From contig CAXXHO010000005.1 of assembly GCA_963667725.2 (NCBI GenBank), forward strand, positions 1,280,001-1,344,000: a stretch of 64,000 nt of DNA, read 5' to 3'. A program made the position numbers and the translations under genes. Below the pieces are notes generated by a model, which was not told the origin of the DNA, ran no database searches, and saw only the letters and a program-made list of their open reading frames with translations. Source of the stretch: Treponemataceae bacterium (GTDB lineage Bacteria; Spirochaetota; Spirochaetia; Treponematales; Rectinemataceae). Below, in pieces: positions 1-9,696 of this stretch (position 1 is the stretch's first letter; each line of letters opens with the position of its first letter).

Positions 1-1
1 G

Positions 2-625
2 ATCGTCGAGATCACCGACTATGTGACGCCCAACCTTCTTCTCGCCGAAAAGCAGCTCGACGCGAATTTTTTCCAGCACACGCCCTATCTCAACAATTTC
101 GCGGCGGAGCGCAAGCTGGCCCTGGAACCCGCCGGCCAGGTATTCGTCGCGCCTCTCGGCCTCTATTCCAGGAAATACAAAAAGTTGAACGATCTTCCCG
201 TCGGCGCCGTCATCACCATACCGAACGATCCGACTAACGAAGCCCGCGCCCTCATACTTTTCCAGAATAAGGGGCTCATAAAGCTGGCCGCTGGCTCTGG
301 GCTGAAGGCGACGATACGCGACATCACCGAGAATCCCAAGAAATTCCAGTTCAAGGAAATCGAGGCTCCGCAGCTTCCGAGAACCCTGGACGACGCCGCC
401 GCCGCCGTCATCAACGGCAGCTTCGCCACCCAGGCCGGTTTCTATCCCTCTAGGGACAACCTGATGATCGAAGGCGCCGAGTCTCCCTATCCCAATATTC
501 TCGCCACCCGCAAGGGTGACGCCGACGATTGGCGCGTAGTGGCCCTGCTCAAGGCCCTACAGTCCGAAAAAGTGCGGCAGTATCTCGAGAACAACTATAA
601 CGGGAGTTTCGTGCCGGCCTTCTGA
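2..625 (+). CDS. metQ: MetQ/NlpA-family ABC transporter substrate-binding protein (5' truncated by window edge)
   Basis: Motifs DANFFQHTPYL, TIPNDPTNEARAL, QLPRTLDD, SPYPNIL; the frame is open to the window start. Confidence 0.9.
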   Translation: MVEITDYVTPNLLLAEKQLDANFFQHTPYLNNFAAERKLALEPAGQVFVAPLGLYSRKYKKLNDLPVGAVITIPNDPTNEARALILFQNKGLIKLAAGSGLKATIRDITENPKKFQFKEIEAPQLPRTLDDAAAAVINGSFATQAGFYPSRDNLMIEGAESPYPNILATRKGDADDWRVVALLKALQSEKVRQYLENNYNGSFVPAF

Positions 626-648
626 TATCCTATGGTTTGACAGCATGG

Positions 649-710
649 CGCCTTCATGCGATAGTGGCCTGATTTTGCGGCCGCGACTATCTGAAGGCGT
701 CTTTTTTTTT
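649..710 (+). terminator. Long imperfect hairpin followed by a T9 tract downstream of metQ
   Basis: cgccttca..atagt.ggcc / ggcc..actat.tgaaggcg, then a T run at 702-710. Confidence 0.55.
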
Positions 711-745
711 AGCCTTGTTCCGCCGCAGGGAAGGATGGAGCAAGT

Positions 746-1981
746 ATGATTTCCGCGAAGGGAAAGCTGGGGTTCATAACAGGCCAGCCGAAGAACTGGA
801 AAGTCACCGCGACCCGCGCCTCTCTCGACAAGCTCATCTATCAGATGGTCTTCCCCTATCTCGGCGTCTATCTCGTCGGCCTCGGCGCCACGGGCACAAC
901 GCTGGGGCTGGCCAATGGCTTGGGCATGGCCTTGAGCGCTCTCTACGGCCTTGTAGGCGCTTCTTTCATAAAGCGATCCGGCACCAGGCGCATGTATCTT
1001 CGCGGTTTGGCCATAGTCGCCTTTTCCTATCTGGTTCTGGGGCTGGCCGGCGGGTGGGTTGTGGGCATGGCGGGCGTGATGGCCTGGTGGCTGGGCTCGG
1101 CCGAGACCGGTCTCTGCTGCAATGTCGTCTGCGGCAGTTCCCTGGAGAACAAGGGGAGGGCGACGGCCATGGGCACCTGCGAGAGCGTCGCGCAGGGGAC
1201 GATGAGCTTCATCGGACCGGCGATCGGCGCCGGCATCGTCGGTCTCCTCGGCGGCCTTAAGGTCGCGACGATCCGCCCGTTGTTTTTCCTGGCCTTCGCG
1301 GGTGAAATCGGCTGTCTTTATTTCGTGAAGCGCAATCTGACGGACTGCGGGGCCGCGGCCCGCGCCGCGACGCGCACAGGCCCGAACACGGGCCTCGCCA
1401 ATCCATTTCATATTCTTAAAGGAAGAAAGCATCTCGGCAGGTTCATCGCCGTCTCCTGCCTGACCAACCTTCCCGTCGGCATGGTTCTGCCATTCACCCA
1501 GCTTTTCGCGAGCGAAACGAAATCCGCTAGTCCCTACATTCTCGCCGCCATGGTGACGGGCTCAGCCTTGGTCAGTCTCGCGGTCGGGCTTCCCATCGGG
1601 AGAGTGGCCGACAGGATAGGCAGGAAAAAAATCCTCTATGCCCTCGCGCCGCTCTTCTTGGCGAGCAATGTCCTGCTCATCTCCAGTTCGGCTCCCGTTT
1701 TTCTGATCCTTTCGGGAATTCTCCAGGGTGTCTTCCCCGTTACGCTCGTCATTTCCGCCGCCATGGCTTTCGAGCAGGTGCCCGCTGAGGATATGGGCGA
1801 TTGGATGGCCATACTCCGATTTTTCAAGATGGCCATGGGAGCCGTATTGACGATTCTCTCCGGACTGATCTGGGATCACCTGGGACCGCAATGGGTCTTC
1901 ATCTTCGCGGCCGGCATCGACATTTTCGTGAGAATCCCCCTGCTTATGAGCATCCCCGAAACCTTGGAGAAGAAGGCTTAA
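746..1981 (+). CDS. MFS transporter
   Basis: About 12 hydrophobic segments; motif GRVADRIGRKK. Confidence 0.85.
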   Translation: MISAKGKLGFITGQPKNWKVTATRASLDKLIYQMVFPYLGVYLVGLGATGTTLGLANGLGMALSALYGLVGASFIKRSGTRRMYLRGLAIVAFSYLVLGLAGGWVVGMAGVMAWWLGSAETGLCCNVVCGSSLENKGRATAMGTCESVAQGTMSFIGPAIGAGIVGLLGGLKVATIRPLFFLAFAGEIGCLYFVKRNLTDCGAAARAATRTGPNTGLANPFHILKGRKHLGRFIAVSCLTNLPVGMVLPFTQLFASETKSASPYILAAMVTGSALVSLAVGLPIGRVADRIGRKKILYALAPLFLASNVLLISSSAPVFLILSGILQGVFPVTLVISAAMAFEQVPAEDMGDWMAILRFFKMAMGAVLTILSGLIWDHLGPQWVFIFAAGIDIFVRIPLLMSIPETLEKKA

Positions 1982-2081
1982 GTCGTCGGATCAAGCTGCC
2001 CGACCGGGGCGATTAAACCGTGGCGCGCCCTTTCCCCCTTGCCGATGAAATTAGTATTTTTTTATCGAAAGGAGCGCTTCG

Positions 2082-3242
2082 ATGAAATACATCATCATCG
2101 GCAATGGAGCGGCGGGCATGGCCGCCGCTGAATCGATACGCGACAAGGACCCCGAGGGCGAGGTTGTCATCTATACGAACGAGGATCGGTATAACTATTC
2201 GCGCCCCAGGATCATAGAATACCTGAACGGAGCTTTCCCCGGCGAAAAACTGACGATCAGGGGGAAGGAATTCTATGAAAAGAAGAACCTGCGACTCGTG
2301 AAGCCGGCATCGATCGAGGCTATCGATCCGCCAGCCCGCGCCGTGTCGCTTCGCGGCGGGGCCTTGGATTATTTCGACAGGCTCATCATCGCGACCGGGG
2401 CTTCGGCCTTCAGGCCATCCATCGAGGGCGCGGACCTCGACTCCGTCTTCACGTTGAGGACGATCGACGACGCCGACAGAATCCTGGCCCGCTGCGCCGG
2501 CGGCAAAGAAGTCGTCGTTTTGGGCGGCGGGCTTCTGGGAATCGAGACGGCGGCCAATCTCGCGAAGACGTGCACGAAGACCACTATCGTTGAAATGTTC
2601 GACCGCCTCCTTCCCCGCCAGCTGGACGCCGAAGCCGCCTCGGTGCTCCAAGCGATGCTCGAAAAAGAAGGTTTGCGATTTCTTCTCGGGAAACAGACCT
2701 CTGCGATCCGGAAAAAGGGCGAGGTTTCGGCGCTGATCTTCCGCGACGGTTCGTCGATCGAAGCCGACATAATCGTCTTTTCGGCCGGCATCGTGAGCAA
2801 CGTCGAGCTTGCCCGCGGCGCGGGAATCCTCTGCGATCGGGGCATCGTCGTCGACGAACATATGGAGACCAGTATTTCCGGCATCTTCGCCGCCGGCGAC
2901 GCCGCCCAGTTCAGGGGCCGGGTATATGGCCTCTGGCCAGTCGCCAGGGAGCAGGGCGGCGTCGCCGGCCGCAACGCCGCGGGCGAGGAGGCGACGTACT
3001 ACGGCAGTCCCGTATCCGTCAAGCTCAAGGTGAGCGGGATCGAGCTCGTCTCCCTGGGATCGATCGAGGCGGGAGAGGGCGTCTCCGTCGTGACGAGACG
3101 CGGCGACGAGCGCTTCAAGCGCCTTTTCCTGAAGGATGGGCGGCTGGCCGGAGCCATCCTCATCGGCGACGTATCGGGCTCCGCCGGGCTTCAGAAACTC
3201 CTGATGTCAGGGGAAATCGTCGGGAAGCCTGAATCTTTATAA
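2082..3242 (+). CDS. NAD(P)/FAD-dependent oxidoreductase (NADH:rubredoxin reductase / NirB N-terminal-like)
   Basis: GNGAAG FAD site, ATGA, GGGLLGIE NAD site, IFAAGD, C-terminal LKVSGIEL. Confidence 0.85.
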   Translation: MKYIIIGNGAAGMAAAESIRDKDPEGEVVIYTNEDRYNYSRPRIIEYLNGAFPGEKLTIRGKEFYEKKNLRLVKPASIEAIDPPARAVSLRGGALDYFDRLIIATGASAFRPSIEGADLDSVFTLRTIDDADRILARCAGGKEVVVLGGGLLGIETAANLAKTCTKTTIVEMFDRLLPRQLDAEAASVLQAMLEKEGLRFLLGKQTSAIRKKGEVSALIFRDGSSIEADIIVFSAGIVSNVELARGAGILCDRGIVVDEHMETSISGIFAAGDAAQFRGRVYGLWPVAREQGGVAGRNAAGEEATYYGSPVSVKLKVSGIELVSLGSIEAGEGVSVVTRRGDERFKRLFLKDGRLAGAILIGDVSGSAGLQKLLMSGEIVGKPESL

Positions 3243-3316
3243 TCCATACTCTGGCCTCGCCGTCCGGGGAACACTATAATCGTGCTGAATGGCATCAATT
3301 CTATAGGAGGATATTC

Positions 3317-4216
3317 ATGAATAGAAGACTTTTCGCGATTCTGACCTTGGCGATATTCACCGCCGCCGGCGTCTGGGCCGCGCCCGGAGCTTTCGGACCC
3401 TACGCGTTCAACGCGATCGCGGTGAGCGTACCCTCCCGCGGCGTCAGCGTTCCCGCGCTGCTTACGCTTCCCCAAAAGGAAGGAAAGCTTCCCCTCGTCG
3501 TCATGGCCCATGGGCACGGCGGCAGCAAGGAAGAAAATGGCGGCTTCACCGCCATCGCCGAAGCGCTCGCGGTCCGCGGCGTGGCGAGCATCAGGATGGA
3601 CTTCCCCGGCTGCGGCGCGAGCGCCGAACCTTTCACCGCGAATACCCTCACCAATATGCTCGCCGATATGGAAGCGGCGCGCGCCTACGCGGTAGGCCGT
3701 ACGCAGATCGATCTCTCCAACATGGGTGTCTTCGGCTACAGCATGGGCGGCCGACTCGCGATCCTTTCAGCCTCGAAGGGCTACCGCTCCCTGGGCCTTC
3801 TCGCGCCCGTCGGCACCGATGGCCCCGACGCGATGTATGTCTTCATGGGAGGGAAGGGAAAATACGCCGAATACGCCGCGAAGGCCAAGGCCGATGGCCA
3901 TGTGCTTTTCACGACTCCCTACGGTCAGGTACAGGATCTGAGCGCGAAATGGTTCAGCGACAACGAAGCGGCCAAGGGTCTCGCCGCGGTATCCGCGTTC
4001 ACCGGTCCCATCCTCTTCGTGACGGGCGGCGCCGACACCATTATCCCGGCGTCCGTGATCCAGGCGACGGCTGGCGCGGCGGTGGCCAGCTCGTATATCG
4101 AAATCGTGCCCGTGGCCGGCGCTGATCACGGCTACGGCTTCTACGGCGGCGACTCCGCTCTCAAAGCCCAGACGGCCGAAGCGATCGCCAGCTTCTTTGC
4201 CCTCACGCTGCGCTGA
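3317..4216 (+). CDS. Secreted alpha/beta hydrolase
   Basis: Signal peptide, HGHGG, GYSMGG nucleophile elbow, GADH; SD aggagg. Confidence 0.85.
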   Translation: MNRRLFAILTLAIFTAAGVWAAPGAFGPYAFNAIAVSVPSRGVSVPALLTLPQKEGKLPLVVMAHGHGGSKEENGGFTAIAEALAVRGVASIRMDFPGCGASAEPFTANTLTNMLADMEAARAYAVGRTQIDLSNMGVFGYSMGGRLAILSASKGYRSLGLLAPVGTDGPDAMYVFMGGKGKYAEYAAKAKADGHVLFTTPYGQVQDLSAKWFSDNEAAKGLAAVSAFTGPILFVTGGADTIIPASVIQATAGAAVASSYIEIVPVAGADHGYGFYGGDSALKAQTAEAIASFFALTLR

Positions 4217-4242
4217 TCCGTCGGCGAGGGGCCGCGGCTCAA

Positions 4243-4767
4243 TCAGCGCAGCGGCTCCTCGCCGTGATTCTGACCGAGGAACAGCCCCATGCAGACGAGG
4301 TCCTCGTATTCTCCCTTGAATTTTCTTTTTTTTCTGAGACAGCCTTCTTCGGTAAAGCCTGCTTTCAGGTACAGGGCTCGGGCTGCCGTATTCGTCTCGA
4401 ATACTTCGAGCTCCAGTTTCTCGAGGCCAAGCCTCGTGGCTCCTTCGATGCAGGCGCTCAAGAGTCTTTTTCCCAGTCCTTTTCCCCGGTGCTCAGCGGC
4501 TATGCCCATTCCGACGGTCGCCGAATGGCGGATCTCCTCGAAACCGCCTATATTGATGTCGATCCAGCCGACGAGCTCGCCAGAGTCGGTGTAGGCTCCA
4601 AGCATAGGATTGCCTGCTTCGTTGTGCGCTTCTATGTACTTTCTCGTGCTGCCGGCTGGAAAGCGTAGCGAGAAAAAGAGGTATTTCTCCTCGTCCTTTA
4701 TCCTGTTGATGAGCGAAAAAAGAATGTCTGCGTCATTGGGCGATACTGGTCTGATCTCGTAGTTCAT
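4243..4767 (-). CDS. GNAT acetyltransferase (YhhY-like)
   Basis: HRGKGLG, NTAARALY motifs; ATG at 4767 overlaps the upstream stop (ATGA). Confidence 0.85.
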   Translation of the reverse strand: MNYEIRPVSPNDADILFSLINRIKDEEKYLFFSLRFPAGSTRKYIEAHNEAGNPMLGAYTDSGELVGWIDINIGGFEEIRHSATVGMGIAAEHRGKGLGKRLLSACIEGATRLGLEKLELEVFETNTAARALYLKAGFTEEGCLRKKRKFKGEYEDLVCMGLFLGQNHGEEPLR

Positions 4768-5657
4768 GAGGGCCTCTCTGCTGACCACAGCATCTTGTTA
4801 TCTTCGAAGCCGTACCGAACCTTGCCTTCGTTTTTTAGGTAGGAAAGGAAGGAGCGGAGCGTGCTGCCGGCGAGGACGTATTGCCCATGATCCAGTCTTA
4901 TCCCGTAGCGGCCCGATATTTCCGCGAAAAGATCTTCGAAGATGAGAGGCCTTTCGAGCGCCTTCAGGATGCTGGCCTCGATCTTCTCGACCCTGTCCCT
5001 GTTCGCTTCGACGAGAGGCTGGATGGAATCGCACACCTCGCCGTGGGAAGGCACGAAATAGCGGGCATTTATGTCGCCTAACGTCTCGAGGCTTTTCTTG
5101 AACGCTTCGACGTCATAGATAAAGGGAATCTTGTATTTTTCCAAAATATTTTCACCGAAGAGGCTGTCTCCCAGGTAGAAGACGCCGTCCTTCGTGAGAA
5201 CGCCTATCATGTCGATGAAATGGCCGAGTAGGGGGACGAAAGTGAGCGATTCCGTGCTGTCACCCGGGCTTATCAAACGCGTAACCTTCGACGATTTGGC
5301 CTCGAAAAATTTTGAGCGCAGTTCCCTGAAAGGAAACCCACCCCATAGGAGGCTGCTCTCGAGATATGGGTTTTCAATGAACGAAGACTCGCCCCGCGTG
5401 GCCCATATTTCGCAGCCCGTCATTCCCTGCAGGTAATTATTGGCGCCGATGTGGTCGGCGTTGGAGTGCGTGTTGATGATCGTCTTGAGGGACCAGGCCT
5501 TCTCGCCGAGGATCTTGAGAATCCTCCTGCCCGCGTCCTTGTCGTTGCCCGAATCTATGAGTCGCGCCGCGCCCGCGTCGGCGTAAATGCCTATGTTCGT
5601 GGGACCCGGAACGAGCCAGGAATTGCCTTCAAGGTGAAGCAAAGGAAGATTGTCCAT
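4764..5657 (-). CDS. MBL-fold metallo-hydrolase
   Basis: LIDSG, THSNADHIG, GD and PSHG motifs. Confidence 0.85.
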   Translation of the reverse strand: MDNLPLLHLEGNSWLVPGPTNIGIYADAGAARLIDSGNDKDAGRRILKILGEKAWSLKTIINTHSNADHIGANNYLQGMTGCEIWATRGESSFIENPYLESSLLWGGFPFRELRSKFFEAKSSKVTRLISPGDSTESLTFVPLLGHFIDMIGVLTKDGVFYLGDSLFGENILEKYKIPFIYDVEAFKKSLETLGDINARYFVPSHGEVCDSIQPLVEANRDRVEKIEASILKALERPLIFEDLFAEISGRYGIRLDHGQYVLAGSTLRSFLSYLKNEGKVRYGFEDNKMLWSAERPS

Positions 5658-5846
5658 AATGGCTCCTATGGTCGCTTAGCAAAATTTATCGTATTTTACC
5701 ATGGTTTTGACGCCAGCGCTCCATGGGGGAGAGCGCTTTCGCCTTTGTAGACCTACAGTGAGCGCATATTGGGCGAGGACGCGATAGGGGATTCATGGAG
5801 GATCCTAGGGGCGGCTTCTGCGGCATAGGTACGGTATTTTCCGCAT

Positions 5847-5882
5847 AAAAGGGCCGCCCGGGATTCGCGTCCCGGGCGGCCC
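5847..5882 (-). terminator. Rho-independent terminator of hppA
   Basis: 13-bp stem gggccgcccggga/tcccgggcggccc with a T4 tract on the minus strand. Confidence 0.75.
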
Positions 5883-5913
5883 TGATTCAAGCTTCCGTTC
5901 TTTTCCGTCCGGT

Positions 5914-7992
5914 TCACCCGAACAGGTGGTATTGGGCGATGAGCGGGGCGAAGAGGCTGGAGACGAGGCTCATGACCGTGATGAGCGTATTCAGGGAAGG
6001 ACCGGCCGTATCCTTGAAGGGGTCGCCGACGGTGTCGCCGACCACGGCGGCCTTGTGCGCTTCGGATCCGGGTCCGCCGCAGTTGCCCGCTTCGATATAC
6101 TTCTTGGCGTTGTCCCAGAGTCCGCCGGCGTTGGACATGAGGAGGGCGAAGACGACGCCAGTGAATATGGCGCCGCCGAGGAAGCCGCCCAGTGCGGTCG
6201 GTCCCAGGATGAAGCCGACTAAGAGGGGAAGGACGACGGCGAGGAGGGCCGGGAACACGAGGGCGCGAAGGGCTCCCGAGGAAGCTATGCCGACGCAGCG
6301 CGAGTAATCCGGGAGTTCGGTGCCGGCGAGAATGCCCGGCTTTGCCTTGAACTGGCGCCTGATCTCCTCGATCATCGTGAAGGCGTTGCGCGTCACCGCG
6401 AGCATGGTGAGGGCGCTGAAGAGCGGCGGGACGATGCAGCCGAGGAATATGCCGCTTAAGACGATCGGGTCCTGCAGGTTCATGAGGAAGTTGCCGCCCG
6501 AGTATTTGACGATGACTTCAGAATAGGCCGCGTACATCGCGAGGACGGTGAGGGCGGCCGCGCTTATTGAAAAGCCTTTCGTGATGGCCTTGGCGGTGTT
6601 GCCGGCCGAGTCCAGGACGTCCGCTGTGTCCACGACTTCGTGGCTCATGCCTGACATCTCGGCGATGCCCTTGGCGTTGTCGACGATGGGGCCGTAGGCG
6701 TCGTTTGAAACGACGATGCCGGTGAGGGAGAGCATGCCGACGGCGGCGATGCCGACGCCGTAGATTCCGGGCAGGCCGAAAGCCTGGGCCGAGAAATAGG
6801 AGGCGAGGGTCGCGATGACGATGCCGATGAGGGCGGGCGCTATGGAGATGAGGCCGTAGCTGAAGCCCGTGATGATCGTGAGTCCGGTGCCCGAGGCCGA
6901 AATTTCGGCGACGTTGCGCACGGGTCTGTATTCATCGTTCGTGAAATAGTCGGTGGTGAAGCCGATAATCACGGAGATGACGAGGCCGGAAACCGTCGCG
7001 ATGAGGGCGCCGTAATTGAAGACGGTTTCGCCCGCCAGAGCGTTCACGACGACGAAGAGAATAGTCGCGAGCACGCAGAACACCACGCAGGAGAATACCG
7101 TGCCGAAGTTGAGCGCCTTGCCGGGCTTGCCGTCGGGTCCCACTTTGACGAACTGGAGTCCGATCAGGGCGCTGACGATGCCGACGATGCAGAGGATGAG
7201 GGGGAGGATGGCGTACTGCATGCCTATCGATCCCGCCGCCGCGAAGGAGGTGCCGAGGAGCATGGAGGCTACGGTCGCCGCCACGTAGGAATCGAAGATG
7301 TCGGCGCCCATGCCGGCCACGTCGCCGACGTTGTCGCCGACATTGTCAGCTATGACGGCTGGGTTGCGCGGATCGTCTTCGGGAATGCCGAGCTCGACCT
7401 TGCCCGTCAGGTCGGCCGCGATGTCGGCCGTCTTCGTGTAGATTCCGCCGCCAGCCTTCGCGAGAAGGGCGAGGGAGGAAGCGCCGAAGCTGAAGCCGAG
7501 CACGATTTCGGCGTCATGGAAGATCAGGTACAGGAGGCTCATGCCGAAAACGGCGACGCCCACCATGGCCAGGCCCATGACGGCGCCCGCCTTGAAGGCT
7601 ACGTTGAACCCCTGTCCGAGGCTTCGTCCGCAGGCCGTAGCCGTCCTGACGTTCGCCTTGACGGCGATCGACATGCCGAGCCAGCCGGCGAGAGCGGAGC
7701 AGAGCGCCCCGAATCCGAAGGCGGCGGCGGTGTAGACGCCATGGAGGGGCCGTTCGGGGTCACCTGAGAAGATGACTCCCAGGACGACGACGAGGACCAC
7801 GGCCACGGCTATGAGCGCGCGATAGAGCATCCTGAGATAGGTGGACGCGCCGTCCTTGATCCATGATGCGATTTGCACTGCCTTCTCGGTTCCCGGTTCC
7901 TGACGAAAAACCCAGCGGTAGTACACCAGAGCCGCGGCGATGGAGCCCAAGCCGCAGCCGATGCCAATGTAGAGCCAAAGATCACTATTCAT
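5914..7992 (-). CDS. hppA: Membrane-integral ion-pumping pyrophosphatase (predicted K+-independent type)
   Basis: GGGIYTK, GKVELGIPEDDPRNP, DNVGDNVGD, DNAKK, GDTVGDPFKD; GNTAKA carries Lys at the K+-dependence position. Confidence 0.95.
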   Translation of the reverse strand: MNSDLWLYIGIGCGLGSIAAALVYYRWVFRQEPGTEKAVQIASWIKDGASTYLRMLYRALIAVAVVLVVVLGVIFSGDPERPLHGVYTAAAFGFGALCSALAGWLGMSIAVKANVRTATACGRSLGQGFNVAFKAGAVMGLAMVGVAVFGMSLLYLIFHDAEIVLGFSFGASSLALLAKAGGGIYTKTADIAADLTGKVELGIPEDDPRNPAVIADNVGDNVGDVAGMGADIFDSYVAATVASMLLGTSFAAAGSIGMQYAILPLILCIVGIVSALIGLQFVKVGPDGKPGKALNFGTVFSCVVFCVLATILFVVVNALAGETVFNYGALIATVSGLVISVIIGFTTDYFTNDEYRPVRNVAEISASGTGLTIITGFSYGLISIAPALIGIVIATLASYFSAQAFGLPGIYGVGIAAVGMLSLTGIVVSNDAYGPIVDNAKGIAEMSGMSHEVVDTADVLDSAGNTAKAITKGFSISAAALTVLAMYAAYSEVIVKYSGGNFLMNLQDPIVLSGIFLGCIVPPLFSALTMLAVTRNAFTMIEEIRRQFKAKPGILAGTELPDYSRCVGIASSGALRALVFPALLAVVLPLLVGFILGPTALGGFLGGAIFTGVVFALLMSNAGGLWDNAKKYIEAGNCGGPGSEAHKAAVVGDTVGDPFKDTAGPSLNTLITVMSLVSSLFAPLIAQYHLFG

Positions 7993-8070
7993 ACTATCCT
8001 TCCAGGCTTTCGCGTATTTCTCCGGCGCTTCTTTTTGTGAGGCGGCGGGGCCGGCGAGAGTCTTATGTTC

Positions 8071-8835
8071 TCAAATTGTCGCGGATTTCCACCAGAGATG
8101 GTTGGTTTCCTTGAGGGTACCCATGGACGGGAGCATATAGGCAGCCAAGCCTTCGGCCTTATTGCCGATAAAGATGCCGTTTTTTATCGTGCGATATGAA
8201 AAAGTGCCTGGGTGGAGCCTGTCGACTACTTTTGCCGCCACTTCCTTGCTTTTGACCTGTTCGAGACAGGAACGAAGGTGACTGGTATTGTCGTAGGGCA
8301 GATCTCCGAGCGAGCCATTCAGCGGGTCCGTGGCCAAGTCTCCCAGCCGAAGTTCGACGAAAGTGATGGCCGGTATGCTGAGAGGAGTGTCCGATCCTCC
8401 GCAGAGGAGTCTGAAGAATGGTTCGGGTCCCAGCCTCGAAACGACGAGAGGCCTGACGGGAGCGAGTTCGTGATAGAGGTGGAGCCCCTCGCTTGAGTCG
8501 GCTTTTTCGGCGCCGCGCTGGACGCCAAGCGTCCTTCCATCTTTTGTTACGAGATATAATGTGCCGATGGCGGTAAGCGGGACTCTTTCGAGCACACGGT
8601 ATACCGAGGCATAGACGGTATGTTTTGGCTGGCCGTCCGCGTGGGGAACGCAGCGGGCTAAGGCTGTCTCGATGGGGATATCGGCGTGCCTGAAGGCTGG
8701 ATCCACCTCGAAGAAGACCGCCTGGCCTTGTGTCGTATGTTCCGCTCCGACGGCGTAATAATTTCCGAATTCTTCTGGACTCAGCATCGACGCGATGAGC
8801 GCTTCCGGCATGAGCGAAAGATAAAGGTGACGCAT
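8071..8835 (-). CDS. Hypothetical protein
   Basis: SD ggagg before ATG 8835; own promoter TTGCGC-17-TATAAT (8894-8866); globular composition. Confidence 0.75.
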   Translation of the reverse strand: MRHLYLSLMPEALIASMLSPEEFGNYYAVGAEHTTQGQAVFFEVDPAFRHADIPIETALARCVPHADGQPKHTVYASVYRVLERVPLTAIGTLYLVTKDGRTLGVQRGAEKADSSEGLHLYHELAPVRPLVVSRLGPEPFFRLLCGGSDTPLSIPAITFVELRLGDLATDPLNGSLGDLPYDNTSHLRSCLEQVKSKEVAAKVVDRLHPGTFSYRTIKNGIFIGNKAEGLAAYMLPSMGTLKETNHLWWKSATI

Positions 8836-8916
8836 ATGGCCTCCATTTTTTTCGGAATTTCGCAGATTATAATCCCATATCCCGAGGCGCGCAATGTAGG
8901 TCATAATTTTAAAAAA

Positions 8917-9696
8917 TCAATTTTTGTTCTGATTCATCCTCATTTCCGGCAGAAGGCGCCAATACTTCTTGGGCATGTGCCCCGACTGGACGCGCGGATT
9001 TCTGCGCTGGGCTATCGCCACGGTATCGAAATAGTGAATCCATCCCGATCTTACGGCCTTTTCCCGTTCCGAAAAAGGCGGCTCCTCCCCTCGCGCCAGG
9101 GAGAAGCCTTCGACCATTTCCCAATGAACGCCTGGAACGTGAAGAATCGCCATGCCTCGTTTCCTGTCGTGGATGGCAAACCTCATGTCCGCGTAGCGAG
9201 CGGCAAAGTGGTCGCCGATCAGGAGAAGGATGTCGCAGTCGGGCTCGATGGGCGCGTACCAGGAACCATCAGCCAGCTCGGAGAATCTGATCAGCCCTGT
9301 GACGAGATGGGCCTGACCTTTCGTGCGCAGGGCGGCTTTGACGACGAAGCAGATGTCAGTATCACCCATGTTTTCCAGGGCTTTCCCGCCCTCGCTCGAT
9401 ATTCTCGCGAGAGTGCGGGCGATGGCGTTTTCCTTATCCGGCGCGTCGGAGCAGAAGGCTTCCAGGCAGGTGCGCAGGGCCGCTTCGCCGGCTTTGCGGG
9501 AGAGGCGCCTCCAGAGCAGCGTCGCCCGCGCCTCGTCGCTCGGAACGGCAATAGTTTCGTCGAAGAGCTCCTCGACCGATGAGGGGCCGCGGATGGAAGG
9601 AAGAGGAAAGCCCGAGCGCGAAGCGTTGATCAGTTCGGCGGCCGCGCAGAGGAAGCCTGGAAAACTGCCGTCATAATGCAGGACGACGGAGTTCAT
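8917..9696 (-). CDS. TIGR03915-family putative DNA repair protein (DUF4130)
   Basis: YDGSFPGFL start, IRFSEL, HFAARYAD, C-terminal MPKKYW; ATGA-coupled to the radical SAM gene. Confidence 0.85.
   Translation of the reverse strand: MNSVVLHYDGSFPGFLCAAAELINASRSGFPLPSIRGPSSVEELFDETIAVPSDEARATLLWRRLSRKAGEAALRTCLEAFCSDAPDKENAIARTLARISSEGGKALENMGDTDICFVVKAALRTKGQAHLVTGLIRFSELADGSWYAPIEPDCDILLLIGDHFAARYADMRFAIHDRKRGMAILHVPGVHWEMVEGFSLARGEEPPFSEREKAVRSGWIHYFDTVAIAQRRNPRVQSGHMPKKYWRLLPEMRMNQNKN

Noticed and set aside
626..745. SAM riboswitch or T-box near metQ
   Set aside because: It lies downstream of metQ and lacks the S-box or T-box consensus; better explained as a terminator plus promoter.
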